Positions 37,116 through 51,519 of a stretch of 64,000 nt of DNA are shown here, in pieces. How positions within the stretch are numbered: position 1 is the stretch's first letter; each line of letters starts with the position of its first letter. Under the pieces are notes generated by a model. The model was not told the origin of the DNA, made no database searches, and saw nothing but the letters and a program-made list of their open reading frames with translations. A program made the position numbers and the translations under genes. The stretch comes from Lama glama (lineage: Eukaryota): positions 86,678,001 to 86,742,000 of the forward strand of contig CM052817.1 of assembly GCA_028534125.1 (NCBI GenBank). The letters are read 5' to 3'.

Positions 37116-39240
37116 TCATTTACATGCATATAATTTACATTATACACAGTTACATTTATAAATATATACTTATATTTAGAATTTCTTCTTTTTTTATGCT
37201 TTCACAATTGCAATTTTTAAATGTTACATAATATTCCATAAACTGGTGTATCATACTTTATACCATGGGTAAAGACTTAATCTGATATCCACTTTGGTTA
37301 TTTTAGATTTTATATTTTTCAATAGATTCTTTTGTTCATCTTTTCAATATTTTCTCCACATGACTCTTATGAGTGGGATCACTCAATTGGGGAACCATTG
37401 CTTTGTTTTACTTTGTTCATAGTATCATTCTGTTTTCCATTTTCATACAAATAAACTATTTATTCATGCTTATGTTATAATAATATGAGGAAAAATAAAA
37501 TAGCTTTTAAAACTCAACTTTTATGTTTGGGAGAGTAATGTTTAAATTTTGACAAAACATTTCAGACTGATGTTACAATGTTAAGAATATAAAATATTCT
37601 TTATCCTCAGGTACTTACATTAAAAAGTGTATTTATTTGATGTCTGCATATATAGACACAGATTAGAAATGCTTAGGATGTAACACGTGTCTTTTTCATA
37701 TCTTTATATTGTCTCTGTATCAATGGAAGCTTATAAATTTTGTTTTTAATCTGGAAAATTAACTGACATAAAGCATGTGTCATTTTCTTCCATGTAATGA
37801 GAAATTTAGTAGATACTTTAACTTGTCAATCTTCCCTCATGTCACCTATCTGTGTAAAAAATATTTATGTTCTTCTTTATTAAAACAAATTCTATCAGTT
37901 GAGATAACAATGAATGTCTGTCTCTTCTGGTTAGGAATAGTAAGAGGAGATGAAGGTATCTGCTGCCTCTTTCAGTCTCTCCAAATTCTCACTGCAGGGG
38001 CACCCAGTGAGTTGACAATAAAATTTAACATTATGTGAATCAAATTTCTATCTTCTGAATTATTTTCACTCTCCCAATTGAGCAGTAATATGGTAAGTAG
38101 AATGGTTCAGGAAGTGCTAGATTTCCGCCAAGACTTTTAACATTCATTAGAATCTTCAAGCATGTTTGATGTGTATTCTTGGCAGCTAGCAGATGCAGCC
38201 TCGTGTCTGTTCCAAAATGGTTTTAAAATAAAAGTAATTTGTTTTAATAATGATAAATATGACTGCTATTTTTAACCTTCGGATACTCCTGACAATCACC
38301 AAATATTCTCATATTGATTTTTGATACACACTAGAAGCTAGTCTAAGACACAGAAGAGTTTAGAATACACATTCTATTTAGAGTTGAGGTTGTTAAGCGC
38401 CTTTCTACCTACCTAAAAGGAGAGAAAATAGGGATTCAGAGACTTATTTCAGTTTCTGAGAATCTGACTTTCAGCCTGTGTAATAATATGGAAATAATAT
38501 TCCACAAACCATCAAGTTATGAATGTAAAGAAAATGATATGACACTATTAATATAAGTGTGTCTCCTCCAGCAGTGCTGTTGATTTATGGTTCTTTGTAA
38601 AGTCATCAACACGTATGTTGAACTGAAAAATTCATTATTGTTCTTACACGTACAAAGTAAAAATGGGAGCTAGAATAAATGTCTTTAAGAAAAGTCTTGA
38701 TTGTAAAAATGTACAATAAAATCACAGTCTTTATGATGTGGAATTTTTCCTACTCTTATATTTTTGTCTACCATGAAGGATTTATCACTGTTCTCTTTGA
38801 GATTATAACTTACACTGATGAAGCAGTCTTAGGAAGGAAAAACAATTTGTAAGTTCAACCAGAGGGGGTCAGGGGCTTTGTTCAATTTCTGTACTCTAAT
38901 TAGTTGGTGAGCTCCATTTGAATTACTAGAAGCTTTCTTTAAAGTGTAGTGTTTGGAGAAATCAGAGACTAAATTCTCCCATTATACACTTATCTGTAAC
39001 TATCACTAAGTACAATGGAAGTTTCCACATAAATAGCTTGGAGTGGAATTTAGATCTAGCAAATAAGATCCGGGAAAACTCAGTAAATGTTACATTTTTT
39101 CTAACTCATTACTTTGGTAATTAATTTATCTAACAATATTTTACTACAAACTGTCTGTCTCCTAAATGTCAATTGATTATTGCAAAATAGGGATAACCTT
39201 AGATGTTTGTTCTTGATGCATTATCAGATACTTTGAAATA

Positions 39241-39443
39241 CAGTTGACCCTTGAACAGCATGGGTTTGCACTGCACAGGTTCACTTACACTAGAATTTTT
39301 TTCACTAGTAAATTGTTACTACACTTTGCAGTTGTGATGGATGTGGAACCATGAAACAGAGAGACAACAGTAAAGTTACACTTGGATTTTCCACTACTCA
39401 GGGGTCAGCGCCCCTAACTATGACATTGTTCAATGGTCAACTG
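39241..39443. mobile_element. Tigger2-family MITE (MER8-like)
   Basis: TIRs cagttgacccttgaaca ... tgttcaatggtcaactg, preceded by TA. Confidence 0.85.
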
Positions 39444-40249
39444 AACAATATCTTTACCTGAAGTGAACAGAAGAGTGAAAAAGACTATGTTAAATGTATT
39501 TAATGGTTTCAAAATGGTGGTAATGAAGTCTTTCTCATGATACACTCACTAAAAGCAATTTTGCACTCAGTGGGTCTGCTTTAGGATATGACAAACAATT
39601 TATGGATAAAATGTTTAGCTGTATCAGGGATTAAAATTGACTACTTTTGAGCCTTGGGTCACGTCACTGACCTAAATGATACTTGGATATTGACTAGGAT
39701 TTGTTGAAAGCCACAACTAAGAGTATAAGTCAGAGGACTGTTACTGTATTTTGCTTCAGTCATACATGCAATTGTCATTTTTCTCTGTAGATTAATTTTT
39801 TAAATTGGACCTATGGCATGTATCATCCTTTGATCACTCCATGGAGAAACTGCTAATTTTACTTGAGGTAAATTGAGGGGTATATGACAAAAAGATAAAG
39901 AAAAAGAAGCGCATGTGGAGAAGATCAACATAGATACCAGTATTCAACACAATTTATCCACAGTTTGGATAGTACTAGTCAATTATCATTTATTATTTAT
40001 TATCAATTATAATTTATTATTACAGTATTTTTGTTAAGTAAAATAAAATAATGGTGTTGTTAGTATTATTTTGCTTTAGAAACAGAACTATTAAGGTAGA
40101 GATGCTTTAATTCTGTACCTAATATGGGAATTTGTTCCTCTCTCATATTTTAAGCCAACTTTTCTTTATATTTGTTAAACTTGAAATAATTGTATGTTTT
40201 CACACTTTTAGGATTTCATCGACATTTGAGCATTATTCAAATTGACTTT

Positions 40250-40743
40250 TTAAAGCTTTTACTTTGTATTATTAAATATAATGCACAATAGCAAATGTAC
40301 ATAGAACATATATGTACCGCTTAACAGATACATATACAGTAGCATCCATGTGACCATTTCCCAGAAAAAGAAAGAATTTTGGTAGCTAATGTTCCCACAA
40401 TCCTCTCCTATTCTCATGGTGTTTCTCCTTGTCCTGACTCTCATAATAACCATTTATTTTTTTACATATACACAAATCCATAAACAAAGTTTAATTTTGC
40501 TATTTAAAAATATAAACATGGGAATGAGTCTGAGTTTATGCATGTGCCTTTTGCTTCCATAGCTCAACATTATGTTTTAGAAATTCATATGGTTGCAGAA
40601 AGGAATACAATTGTGGCTTGTTTATTTTATTATAACATAATTATCAATGCTTTACTGTATAGCTCTTCATTTATTATACTGTTTATATTCTACTATTTCC
40701 AGTTCTTGGATAGTATCAATATTGCTACTCTAAAAAGTCCTTG
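40250..40743 (-). mobile_element. Ancient L1 (L1ME-like) 3' fragment
   Basis: gcatccatgtgaccatttcccag; ctcaacattatgttttagaaattcat; tatttccagttcttgg. Confidence 0.6.
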
Positions 40744-41120
40744 TTTTTAATTGAAGCATAGTGAGTATGTCAATTTCTGGTATACAACATAATATCCCAG
40801 TCATGTGTGTGTGTGTGTGTGTGTATATATGATGTGTGTATATATATATACACACACACACATACATACTCATTTTCATATTCTTTTTCATTAAAGGTTA
40901 TTACAAGATATTGAATACAGCTCCCTGTTTCATACAGGATAAATTTGTTTTCTTATCTATTTTTCTATATAGTGGTTAACTTTTGCAAATCTCAGACTCC
41001 CAAATTTACCCCTTCCCACCTCCTTACACCCTGGTAACCATAAAATTGTTTACTCTGTCTGCGAGTCTGTTTCTGTTTTGTAGATGAGTTCATTAGTGTC
41101 CTTTTCTTCTTTTTTTTATA
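40744..41120 (-). mobile_element. Younger lineage-specific L1 3'UTR (camelid-like) with (GT)n/(TA)n
   Basis: ttttaattgaagcatagt...gtcaatttctggtatacaacataat...ggttattacaagatattgaata...ccctggtaaccataaa. Confidence 0.8.
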
Positions 41121-41169
41121 AAAAATTCTTATACATGTATATTATGTGCACATTTTTAAACATTTATGC

Positions 41170-41177
41170 ACATACAG

Positions 41178-41214
<37 letters not shown>

Positions 41215-41230
41215 GAGAGAGAGAGAGAGC
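41170..41230. repeat. Compound (CA)n(TA)n(GA)n microsatellite
   Basis: Seen directly. Confidence 0.95.
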
Positions 41231-41925
41231 ACAAGTGAGATATTCTGGTATGTGACAAACAGATACAGCACTTCTGTATGCCTGTGACATAGATGCTTGA
41301 CCTGACTCTAAAAATGAAGTATCAGAAGAACACAAATTACAGGACAATCTACAACGTAACTGGTCTGTAGTTTATAAAAAGATAAATATTGTAAAATATA
41401 AGGACTGGAGAACTACTCTAGATTAAAAGGGATTTTTAAAAAAAAATGAATAATTTTCTTTAGCTCCAAATAATATTATTAGAACAGTTGGTGAAATCTT
41501 GGTTATACAAGAAAAATGCCCCCCTTTTTTGAAAGAAAAACATATTGAAATGTTTAGTGCTGAGGAACTTCCATGCTTATAACTTACTTTCAAAGTGCTT
41601 GAGGGAATAAAGAGAATAAGAAAAATAAATCAAATGTGATCATACGTTACCCTGTGAAGAATAAGGATGAAGGCCACATGGGAATTATTTGTTCAGGTCT
41701 TGTCAAACTGCAAGAAAATAGTGTCACATTGGGGTATGAAAATCAGAAAATTATTCAGAAGAAAAGATAAATATCTATAAATATATGTAGGCATTAACTA
41801 TAAAATTAGTAATACTAAAATCCGGAAGCAAATGAGATAAAAGACACAGCTCAACAAACTTTAAAGACATATATAAAGCATTCAGAATATGCTATCTGAC
41901 AACAGTGGAATAAAGTTTTGAAGTA

Positions 41926-42131
41926 CATTAGGCCCTTGTTATCTGCGGGTTCTGCATCAGCTGATTCGACAAACTGCTGGCTAAGTTGGTTGAATCTGCG
42001 GATGGGAACTCGTAGATATCTGGGGCCGAATGCGCTGTGCCGTTGAACATGAGGGACTTGAGCATCTGCGGAGTGTGGTATCAGCAGGTCTCAGGGGGAA
42101 CCAAACTCCCACGGATCCGGAGAGACAACTG
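41926..42131. mobile_element. Tigger/MER2-group MITE, CpG-rich
   Basis: TA-flanked at both ends; ggcccttgttatctgcgggttctgcatc...gggacttgagcatctgcgga...cccacggatccggagagacaactg. Confidence 0.8.
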
Positions 42132-43479
42132 TACTTGAGATGTTCCTGTGTATGTGCCAGTGATTTCTTTAAACTTGATTTAATTTCATTTGTTTTTGGC
42201 ATGGCCTAAACTAGATTGTTGAAATTTATTAAAGTGTTAAGCTATATGAATCTTCGGCATTAATAAAAATGAATACATTATCCTGCACTTTCACATTATG
42301 GACTACATTCAAGTCAAATGAAATGTTAATGTGGAATGTATATAAAATACTTTATTACAATGGTCTACTGGAGAGAAAATGATGAACCAAATGTGATATA
42401 CAGCTAATATTTCTACAGCTACTGAACTATATTAAATAGGACTACTGAACTATTATTGACTACTTAACTACATTAAAAATTAAATTTATTTTTTCTGCAT
42501 TTCACAACGTCCTGTAAAATATGTTGTGTGAAAAATTTACTTATATTCCTGCTTTGCTTCTTAGGAATTTACAAAATAATCATTAATATTTCTTTACACT
42601 CTAAGATAGCAGGTTCTTCTTATATTATAATTATAATATTTCTGTTTACTTCAAGTTTTCAACATGTTTCATTGTGACATTTATACCACATAGTAATATA
42701 TAAAGTTTCTTCTTTTTCACCTACATAATGCATTTTATCCTATAATGAATACACTCATGTGGTCCTTGTGGAAACTTCATTTATGTAACTTTGAACCCTA
42801 TTGTGAAATAAAAAAGGTAAGAAAATAGAAAAGACATATCTCCTCCATAGTATCTTGTGTTTGAGTTCATATGTACAGCCTTATTAATGTGACAAGCATA
42901 ATGAAATTGCAAGAAAATCAAGTGCGGTCTTGAAATATATAAAAATTATGGAACACACCACCATGATGTTCAACTCCTTTGTGTATTATTATAATTCATA
43001 TTGTTCTCTCCTGTGACAAGCATTATAATGAGAAGGAAAAATGCACAAAATTAATTTATTCTGAAGACAAAGATAATAATGAGATGAGATGAGAGAATAC
43101 ACTTAAAATTTCTGACTTTGTCATTGTATAAGTTGTGCAGCTTCATGACTTCTAACATTTTTATTGTGATATTCAACAACAGAAGAATTTGATAGGATGA
43201 AGAATTATTAGCTCTAATAGAATACATCTCAGTTATAATTCTTATTCTTTTCTACAAAATTAAGGAAGTGGTTTGCAGCATAATGTGATAAGTACTCATA
43301 TATGTACAATGTACAAGTTATGGCATTTTACTCTATTTTTGGCTAATGATTTTATCTAATCTCTAAAACTGTTTATGTATCTGGAAATGCTTTGTTCCTT
43401 GATGCAGATTTTGTATACTTTTCCTGCTCTAATGGAATCAAAATTCTCTGAAAATATATATGCATATGACTAAGAATAA

Positions 43480-43690
43480 TAATAGCTAACAATTTTAATG
43501 CACTAGACACTATTTTAGTTGCTTTATTTAATCCTCCAAACCAGTCTGTAGAATGGGTATTAATTTAATCCACACTTAGTTATAGATAGTTACTTTACTC
43601 AGGCCACACAGCTGTTATGACAGAGCTAGGGTTCAGAAGCAGAATTTAGAGTTCCAGAGCCCATGTACTTAACCACTCTACTACACTCCT
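43480..43690. mobile_element. MIR
   Basis: aataatagctaac...tttaatcctccaaacc...aggccacacagct...cagagcccatgtacttaaccactcta. Confidence 0.75.
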
Positions 43691-44420
43691 CCTAGTCAAC
43701 ATGACTCATGGTCATGTTTTCACAGCATTATCATATGTTGAGACCTATGATTTCCACGCTGGAGAATTTCAAAAATGTCTGCTTTCGTTTCACTTAGTAT
43801 ATTAAGACAAGCTCTGATACCCATGGAATGAAATATCTGTTACTACACTTTCATAAAAGAAATGGTGTCACAAATATTTATAGCATCCTCTAATGCCTCT
43901 TACTTGCTTTAGGGATGTTCATAAGAGAGAATTGATGGGTATGTCTTTACCCTCCAAGCCTGTTAACAAAACACGATGCTATGTAGATTTCATAACAGAT
44001 ATATTGCTCTCAACCTTTTTTTCCCCACTGAATTCATCATTTATATGATGACTCAAAGGAGTTGTCATAGGTAACACGTGAGCGAAGTGTAGTTGGGAAA
44101 AATCAAAGAGATTGAGAGTTATGAAAGCTCATTTTAGAAGCAATGTATTAACTTGTTTGGGGATTTGTCAGAATAATATGGTAAAGGCATTCTCTAACCC
44201 AGATATAATACCACTCTCTTTTTGTAGAGAAATTTTTCCCCATATAATTCCTACCAATATCTGAGCCAAACAGTCTTTACAATTGGTATAGTTATATATG
44301 TGTATCTACATAGTCTTCCGAGTCTACACGTGATGTTTTCCTGTTGTTATTATCTGTAGAGACTAATATCTGAATTACCACATAATTAAAACTATTTTGT
44401 ATTAGTCCAACACTTACATT

Positions 44421-44423
<3 letters not shown>

Positions 44424-44470
<47 letters not shown>
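44424..44470. repeat. (TA)n microsatellite
   Basis: Perfect TA run of about 23 units. Confidence 0.95.
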
Positions 44471-44473
<3 letters not shown>

Positions 44474-46919
44474 TCTGGATATTTTCTAAAACATTATGGA
44501 ATAAGAAGATATTTGTTCACTGCTGTCATGCAAATAGCCAAACAGATATCAGTCTTCTGAGACCTTCAAAAATGTGCATTCAAATATTCATTCCAGAATC
44601 ACCTCTATAAATGTACAGAAAATTATTTGATAATATTGGGAACTGAAAAAGGAAATATGTGGCTTACAATTTATCTTTTTGAGTGTTTTTTTTTTAAGTA
44701 AATAGATTTCACACTATTTGGTTTGCATGCACAGCAGTATACAGGTACTTATTTATCAGAAAGGCCAAAAAATAAAAATAAAAATAAAGACAGGAAGGAG
44801 AATTGAAAAATCTATAGAGAAACTTTAAGAATAATTTCAAGCAGAGCTTTGCCTACAAAATTTCTCATGTATTTTCATGATCAAGCTTGAGATCATGATC
44901 AAAATAATACCATTGAGATTGAATGGGTTTAAGCATATAAGAGTGATGCTTTCCATTAGGATGTTATTATTTATTGTTTTCAACCAAGAATATACTATTG
45001 GATACATTCATTAAATCTCAAAAATTGCCTATAGTTGCCAAGCTGAGAGATTTGAATTTGATATAATTAGAGAGTGTATTTAAATGTGACTTTGGTTGAA
45101 GGTTAAATCTACCTCCCTTAAACTATTTATGTTTCTTCTAACTAGGAAAGATTTAACTCTAAGCAAATCTGTTTTAAACATTTAAAGGGATATCACTGGT
45201 TTCATTGTATAATAGCAGTTGAGCTTCAAACAGCGTAAGCATGAGTATCGTGTTGTGATTATAAGCACAGGGTATTAATACAACCACAAGATTTACAATA
45301 ATGACAATTTATGTAAAGTTGTCATGCCTCAGGTTCTTCATTTCTAATACATTGATAATAATACCTACTTAGTATTTTTGTTGTGACTATTACATGAATT
45401 AGTCATTCAAAGCACTTAGGGAGGAATCCAACACCCAAAATTAGCAACTGAGATTCTGCCTGAGGTTTTGGATTCTCTGTGCTATTGTAGATCCGTTAGC
45501 ATTACCCTCTCACCAACTGAGTTAACTCATGCAAACTTTTGCATATCATTTACAGTTTTTCATCTCTAGGCCTGGAAATGGTCAAACCGAATAATATAAC
45601 ACATAGGGCAATAAATTTGAAGTCCAAGTCTTTGTAGCTTTATACGGAAAAGCAGAATTAAAAAAAATTAAAAATTATTAAAGTACAAATCACATTTTGT
45701 TCAAATATACTTCCTTACTGTATTTTTATACTCTTTCTAATTACTGACCAATATTATACAGATATTTCTAGAAAGTGTAGAATCAATAACCTGTGTTTCC
45801 AGAATATACCATCATTTCCCTTTTTTAACCTTTGTAGAGAAGAAGTCTGTGATTCTCTGACTACACATCACCAGGTACATCTAATCTGTCACTTTTGCTA
45901 AGACTGTGGTGTTCGTTTCACTTTGTATCACTTCAGCTCGGTTCATTTATGATGCATCAGTGAGAAATGCAGTATTACAAATTCTGAAAATTAATTTTCC
46001 ATGGCTCACCATAAAACATGCATTGGAATTGGCTTTAACAAAGTGGGCTAAAATTGTGACAGTAAGAAAATACTTACTGGTATTAAATTTAAGCCAAGAA
46101 TAAACACATATTCACCCATATTAAATTATTTCTAGTAATTTTAATACAAATTATAATAATTATTCATATAGTATGACTTTGCATTGTCATGTTTCAATTT
46201 TTATATTCTTGCAAAATTTGAAAAAACTAGGCAACACTGTTAGAATGTTTATTATTCAAGTTAAGTATTTTTTATATACACTTATGACTAATTTTTTTAA
46301 TGAAGATATTAAAGAAGTAAGTGACAGGCAAATGTGTCTTCTATAAAATACTTTCTAAATTTCATACACTCAACAATATGGAATTGTATTAACTAATTTC
46401 TGTTTTTCAAAATTATATTTAGGTTTTAAGACAAATTAACTCTCTAGAGAGATTAGAGAGAAAAAATAACATTTGCAAAACAACAAATACTAGGAGCTGG
46501 ATAAAAGGATTAAGAATAAATCAGGTTGCATATAAGTTGGAAAAGATTATTTTTCTAAAATAAATGATCTTAAGTCATGATTACATCCTCAGGATTTTAT
46601 TTTTATTTTGTGGGAGAGATAACTTTTTAAAAAATAAAGCAGACTTTCTCTAGGCAGTCCATTAGCTATCGAACTAAAGATCCTCACTTTGTCATTGACA
46701 GGGAATAATAGCCTGTGATTCTTACTCTGCCAGTAAGCATGTACTCTACTAGTATTGCCCCATTAAAACAAAATGTATACTGTAAACCAGCTTGTGATAA
46801 TTGTCCATTATTATGCAATATTGCTGGCTTCTGTAATTTCATCATTAAATATTTTTAATAAAATTGCTAAATATATTATGAGAAATAAAAGTTTTGAATA
46901 ACTAGTAACCACAGGTCAT

Positions 46920-47170
46920 TAATTCATTCATTCACTCATTCATGTATTTAGCAACATGTCTAATAATATCACCATGACCTTTTATAATTTACTAAGTTCC
47001 AGGTATACCAAGACAGACAAAGCATGCCCTTCAATAGCTTATAATCAAATAAGTCAGGTTTCTACAAATAATTACAACAAATTGGTAAGAGCTAAAATAT
47101 GTATATTCTGGGTGCCCTGGAAGGGCTCAGTTTAACAAATATGAGCACCAACTAAATGCCAGGATATACA
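46920..47170 (-). mobile_element. LINE-2 3' tail
   Basis: cattcattcactcattcatgtatttagcaac...gccttcaatagcttataatc-type L2 terminus. Confidence 0.55.
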
Positions 47171-48099
47171 AATATGAGTTTATTCATTTACTTAATACTC
47201 TTTGTCTCTTTCTCTTGAGGTATATATAAATATATAGGTACAGGGAAATATATTTTATGAAATATGGAAGTGTAAAAATATGTTCTTTTATATTTCTTTT
47301 GTGTGTTTATCTAATCTGATGTTTTCGCCTATATCCTTCATTTAGTTAGAACTCGTTTATTTAAATTGAAAAGACAGTTTCTGTCCTTTGTGAGCCAACA
47401 GACTTCCAGGGATCCACATAAATACAGACTGACGATAAATATGTTGCTGGTAAAGCTCTTAAAAATATATACTAAGTTACTAAGCAGTGTCCTTTAAATG
47501 TCTTAGGTTCTTAAGGTATTATTTCCTTTATTTTTATAATAACCCAATTTTTTAGAAATAAGGTTAGTGTTTTCTTAGATGCTAGCCATCTTTCCAAAGA
47601 GCACATTATTGAATTCCTTTGTCAGCACTGCAAGTAACCTAATGAAAAATATTTCTAAAATGCTTTCAAACCATATATTCTTCTTGTACTTTAAGTTTGC
47701 ATCCTTTTTTTCTTCTTTGAGAACTCTGCTAGTATATCCCCCAATGTTGTTCTATGTCTGCAATCAACAAGATGCAGTATTTATCAAACAAACATTAAAT
47801 GTAAAAACATTATTAAACCAATATAGGAAACTACCTTTGAAAACTAAAAAAAAAAAAAAACACATACTAAGTTGGATTTTGTTTCAACCTGTTTATAAAG
47901 GGGAGTAAGCAGGGCTAGGCAGAAGTGTAAGTAGAAGTGTAAGAATATTTAGTTTAAGAGTCTGGGAGATACTTATATTTACCTTAACATAAAGCTCAGC
48001 ACAAAAGATATTTATAACCAATGCCAGAAATGAAGTGGGAGTCCTGGGAAAAAGGCACTCATATTTCTGTGATACTGGTAACAACAAGTAAACAGAGCA

Positions 48100-49110
48100 A
48101 GCAGAAGTTTAAGAAATAGGGAAAGAGACCAGATGAGCCCTTGTAGGATCAGAGGCAACACAGGGGTTTGGAAAGACTGCAGACGTGCAGGAGCAACCAG
48201 GATTTAAAATGTTCCCCGAAGCACACACAGATCCACAAAGGGTGGAAGACTCACTGGCACTAGGGGCTTAAGCACGACCTTGACCAAACACTAGCTGAAT
48301 GACCTGATATTCTGACATAGGAAGGCTGGCTTAAAAATAAGATCACATACATCCCCGTGGTCTGGAAGGGATGACCAAGACCAAGCCCTTTCATAGATAA
48401 TCAGAGAGGAAAAAATCCAATCTGCTAGTCCCTAGTTGAAAATTGAGAGAAAAAAATGTAACTTGAACTGATAGTCCCCTCCAAGCTATGACACTTTCAA
48501 CTGTAATGGGTCAAAATCTATCTGGTTAAAGGGGCTTAAGCAAGCAATCTTTGACCAATAAATGGCGTATGCTGCTCCAGAGCTAAAATATAAAAACAAG
48601 AAAAACCATCTGAGGAGGTGCCTCAGAGACTTCACAGTGTGGGGGAAATAGATTTCAGAGAGTTATTTCAGCCACTTCACTAAACAAATAAATGACCAGG
48701 AAAATGGCAAATTCAACATCAAACTCTGAGGAAGAAGGGGATTATGATCCAGAGTTGTTAAATATAGTTTCTAAAAGATTTAATTTTCAAGTAAGAATTA
48801 TGAGATATACAAAGAAACAGGAATGTGCGATCCACATACAGGGGGAAATGAAGGCTTATAAGCACTGCTTAATGAAGCAAGCTGGATGTTAGACTTCGCA
48901 GACATAATAAATGGAAGGTTGCCCTATGTTTATGGATTAGAATAATTAATATAGTCTAAATGGCAGTAATAGCCTAAAGAATTCTGTGCAGTCACTGTCA
49001 AAATCCTAGCTGGCTTTTTTTTCCCCCTTTTTTCAGAAATGGACAAGCTAATACTAAAATTCATATAGAAATACAATGGACCAGAATAGTCAAAAGAATC
49101 AGTTAAAACC
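48100..49110 (+). mobile_element. Old L1: 5' region joined directly to a late ORF2 fragment
   Basis: aattatgagatatacaaagaaacaggaa (5' region), then from ~48905 aataaatggaagg...gaaatggacaagctaatactaaaattcatat (ORF2). Confidence 0.7.
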
Positions 49111-49568
49111 AGTACACATGAGAATTTGATTTACAAAGTTGTATATTCTCTAGTGGACAAAACTCAATCTGTGAACAGGAATCATTTGCTTTGTTGTGGG
49201 CAGGAGAAATATCCATCCCTTTAAGTTTACTGTGACATTAACCATACAGGATTGTGAAACAGCTCAGTTACTAGCAAATCAATCTGAAGTGCACACTTTC
49301 GTGGAATCATAATCCCTTGAGGATCTGCCAGAAAATGCCCAGCATTCTCCTCTTTTCAGAAGATTTCTTTTTCCCATTTCCAGATGTTTTTATCAAGGTG
49401 TGACAAGTGATTTAAACGGGTAAACTTTGATAGGATGGATTTGTATATTACTAAGAAAGGACTAAGGTGGAGAAAGAAAGCCACCAAAAGAAAGTGGATC
49501 TTGCCAACCCTTAGTTGGCATCATGCCAGTTAAGAAACTGTGTTATTTGTCAATATCAATTAAGAATA

Positions 49569-49879
49569 TAGTCAGCCCTTTGTCTCACCAGATTCCCTAT
49601 TTGTGGATTCAAGTAATAGTGATATAAATATTTGGGGACAAAAATCCAGGAAGTTTCAAAACCCAAAACTTGAATTTGCCATGCACCGACAACTTATTTA
49701 CATAACATTTACATTTCATTAGGTTTTGTAAGTAATCTAGAGATGATTTAAAGTATTTGGGAGGGTGTGCATAGGTTATATGAGCCATTTTGTACAAGGG
49801 ACTTGAGAATTCACAGATTTTGGTGTCTTGTAGGAGACCAGTACTGGAACCAATCCCCAGGGATACTGAGGGACAGCTC
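49569..49879. mobile_element. Tigger3-family (MER7-like) non-autonomous element
   Basis: TA flanks; gtaagtaatctagagatgatttaaagtat...gggacttgag...ggaaccaatccccagggatactgagggac. Confidence 0.85.
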
Positions 49880-51404
49880 TACTGTCTCCCTGCTACTGTA
49901 TCTAAATACCCGTAGTTCAGTAGAGATGTAAAAGTGCTTGTTCTGGTAATTTCAATGGCAAATAGCAGGAGCTCACAGTGGTGTGAATATTGAGGAGTGA
50001 ATATTTTGCCCTGGGAAGCAGATCCCTGAAAAGACAAAAGGACTTAGGACACTAGAGACACTCCTCTCTGGTATGAAACTGGGCATCACCAGCCTTACAT
50101 TGTAATCTCAGGGGCAAAACCAGATCAGACCAAATGACTTGAATTTGATACAAAGAGGGATGGATACTGATAGTGAGACTGCTGTGTCTGGCTAAGGCCT
50201 TAATCCCTGTGTAAATAATTTAAATATAAAAAGGATAGCTAATGTAAAGACAAATATTATTGAAATATCACTGCAGTTGGTAATTAGACATAGCAAAAAT
50301 CATGAAGGTGAACTGTGATGCCTGAAACTAGGACAATGTCTGTTAGAGTAAGTTGTCTTGTCAAAGGGGAAATGGTGGCCACATTCAAATAACTGTGTAT
50401 TGTACAGGGTGAAGAAAACAGTAAATGATTGTAAATTAACTCCAAGGGGGAGGATATCTGATAACCTTAATATATTTTTATTAATCTTAAAATATTTGCA
50501 AAAAAATTCCATTCCTCTACGATTTAACCACTTTGAAAAGGTAGATGTGAATCTATATCTAGAATTATTTCTGAATATTTTAAAATAGTAATTAGTTTAT
50601 TTAAAGTCAATGATCCATGCTCCTGAATAAATGTATTATTTAATACTAATATTACAGATTTAGTATTTAAATGACTGAATATATAGTATATATATTTATA
50701 TATGATGTATATTATAATATATATTTATAGTTTATAAACATACCTTTTATTACATAGGGAGAACGAATACTTTGCAAGCAGAATGAATAATTTAATTCTG
50801 GTGATTTTAATATGGTTGACGATTTTGAAAAGGAGGTTATTGCTTTCAAAGTGGCCAAAAAATATTTTTTTGAAATGCAGTTTGAAAACACTTTAAAAAC
50901 AAGGAGCGTATAATATGCAGTTGCTGTAAGCAGAGGCTGCGAACTGGTGGCAGGTAAGCTGAAATCAGTTCCTAAAACAGGTTTGGTTCATACAGATCAG
51001 AAATCTGTTGATTTTTAAAATTTTAATTATTTTAGATTATGCACACATTCCCCAATATTCTAGTATGAGTCGCTTCTTATTTTCTTAATTCTACTAAGTT
51101 TCACTCCTTTGCATTTACTTTTGAATGTAGCGCTCAAATGGGTAGTGGGTGTCTGATGCAGTGAGGCAACAACACAAGTCTGTCTTAATATGCATAACAG
51201 TAAAAGTTCAGACATAAAAGTCTCTGGGGAAAATAGGTAACGTCATTAATGGCAATCGAGTCTATTCTTTGTGGGTCTGTTTGTTAATGATGGGAAGAAC
51301 AGGAAAGTCAACTCCCTAAGGCTTACATTATCTGTCTGGTTCATTTGGCATTTTGTTCTTTAAATATTTCATTTATAAAATAAAATAAGCAAGATTAGGG
51401 AAAC

Positions 51405-51519
51405 TGGGGTAAGCAACTCATCCCAGTTTGTTTGAGACTTCCCTTGTTTTAATCCTAGAAGTCCTGTATCCCCAGGAACTTCCTCAATCCTGGGCAAAAC
51501 CAGGGTGGTTGTTCACTAT
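51405..51519. mobile_element. hAT-Blackjack MITE (MER81/MER94-like)
   Basis: ggggtaagcaactcatcccagtttg...cctgggcaaaaccagggtggttgttcacta, with degenerate TIRs. Confidence 0.6.

Noticed and set aside
42418..42480. Three imperfect copies of gactactgaactat; similar short duplications at ~863-915 and ~30136-30170
   Set aside because: Ordinary local tandem duplications. Not a CRISPR-like array: eukaryotic DNA with no regular unique spacers.
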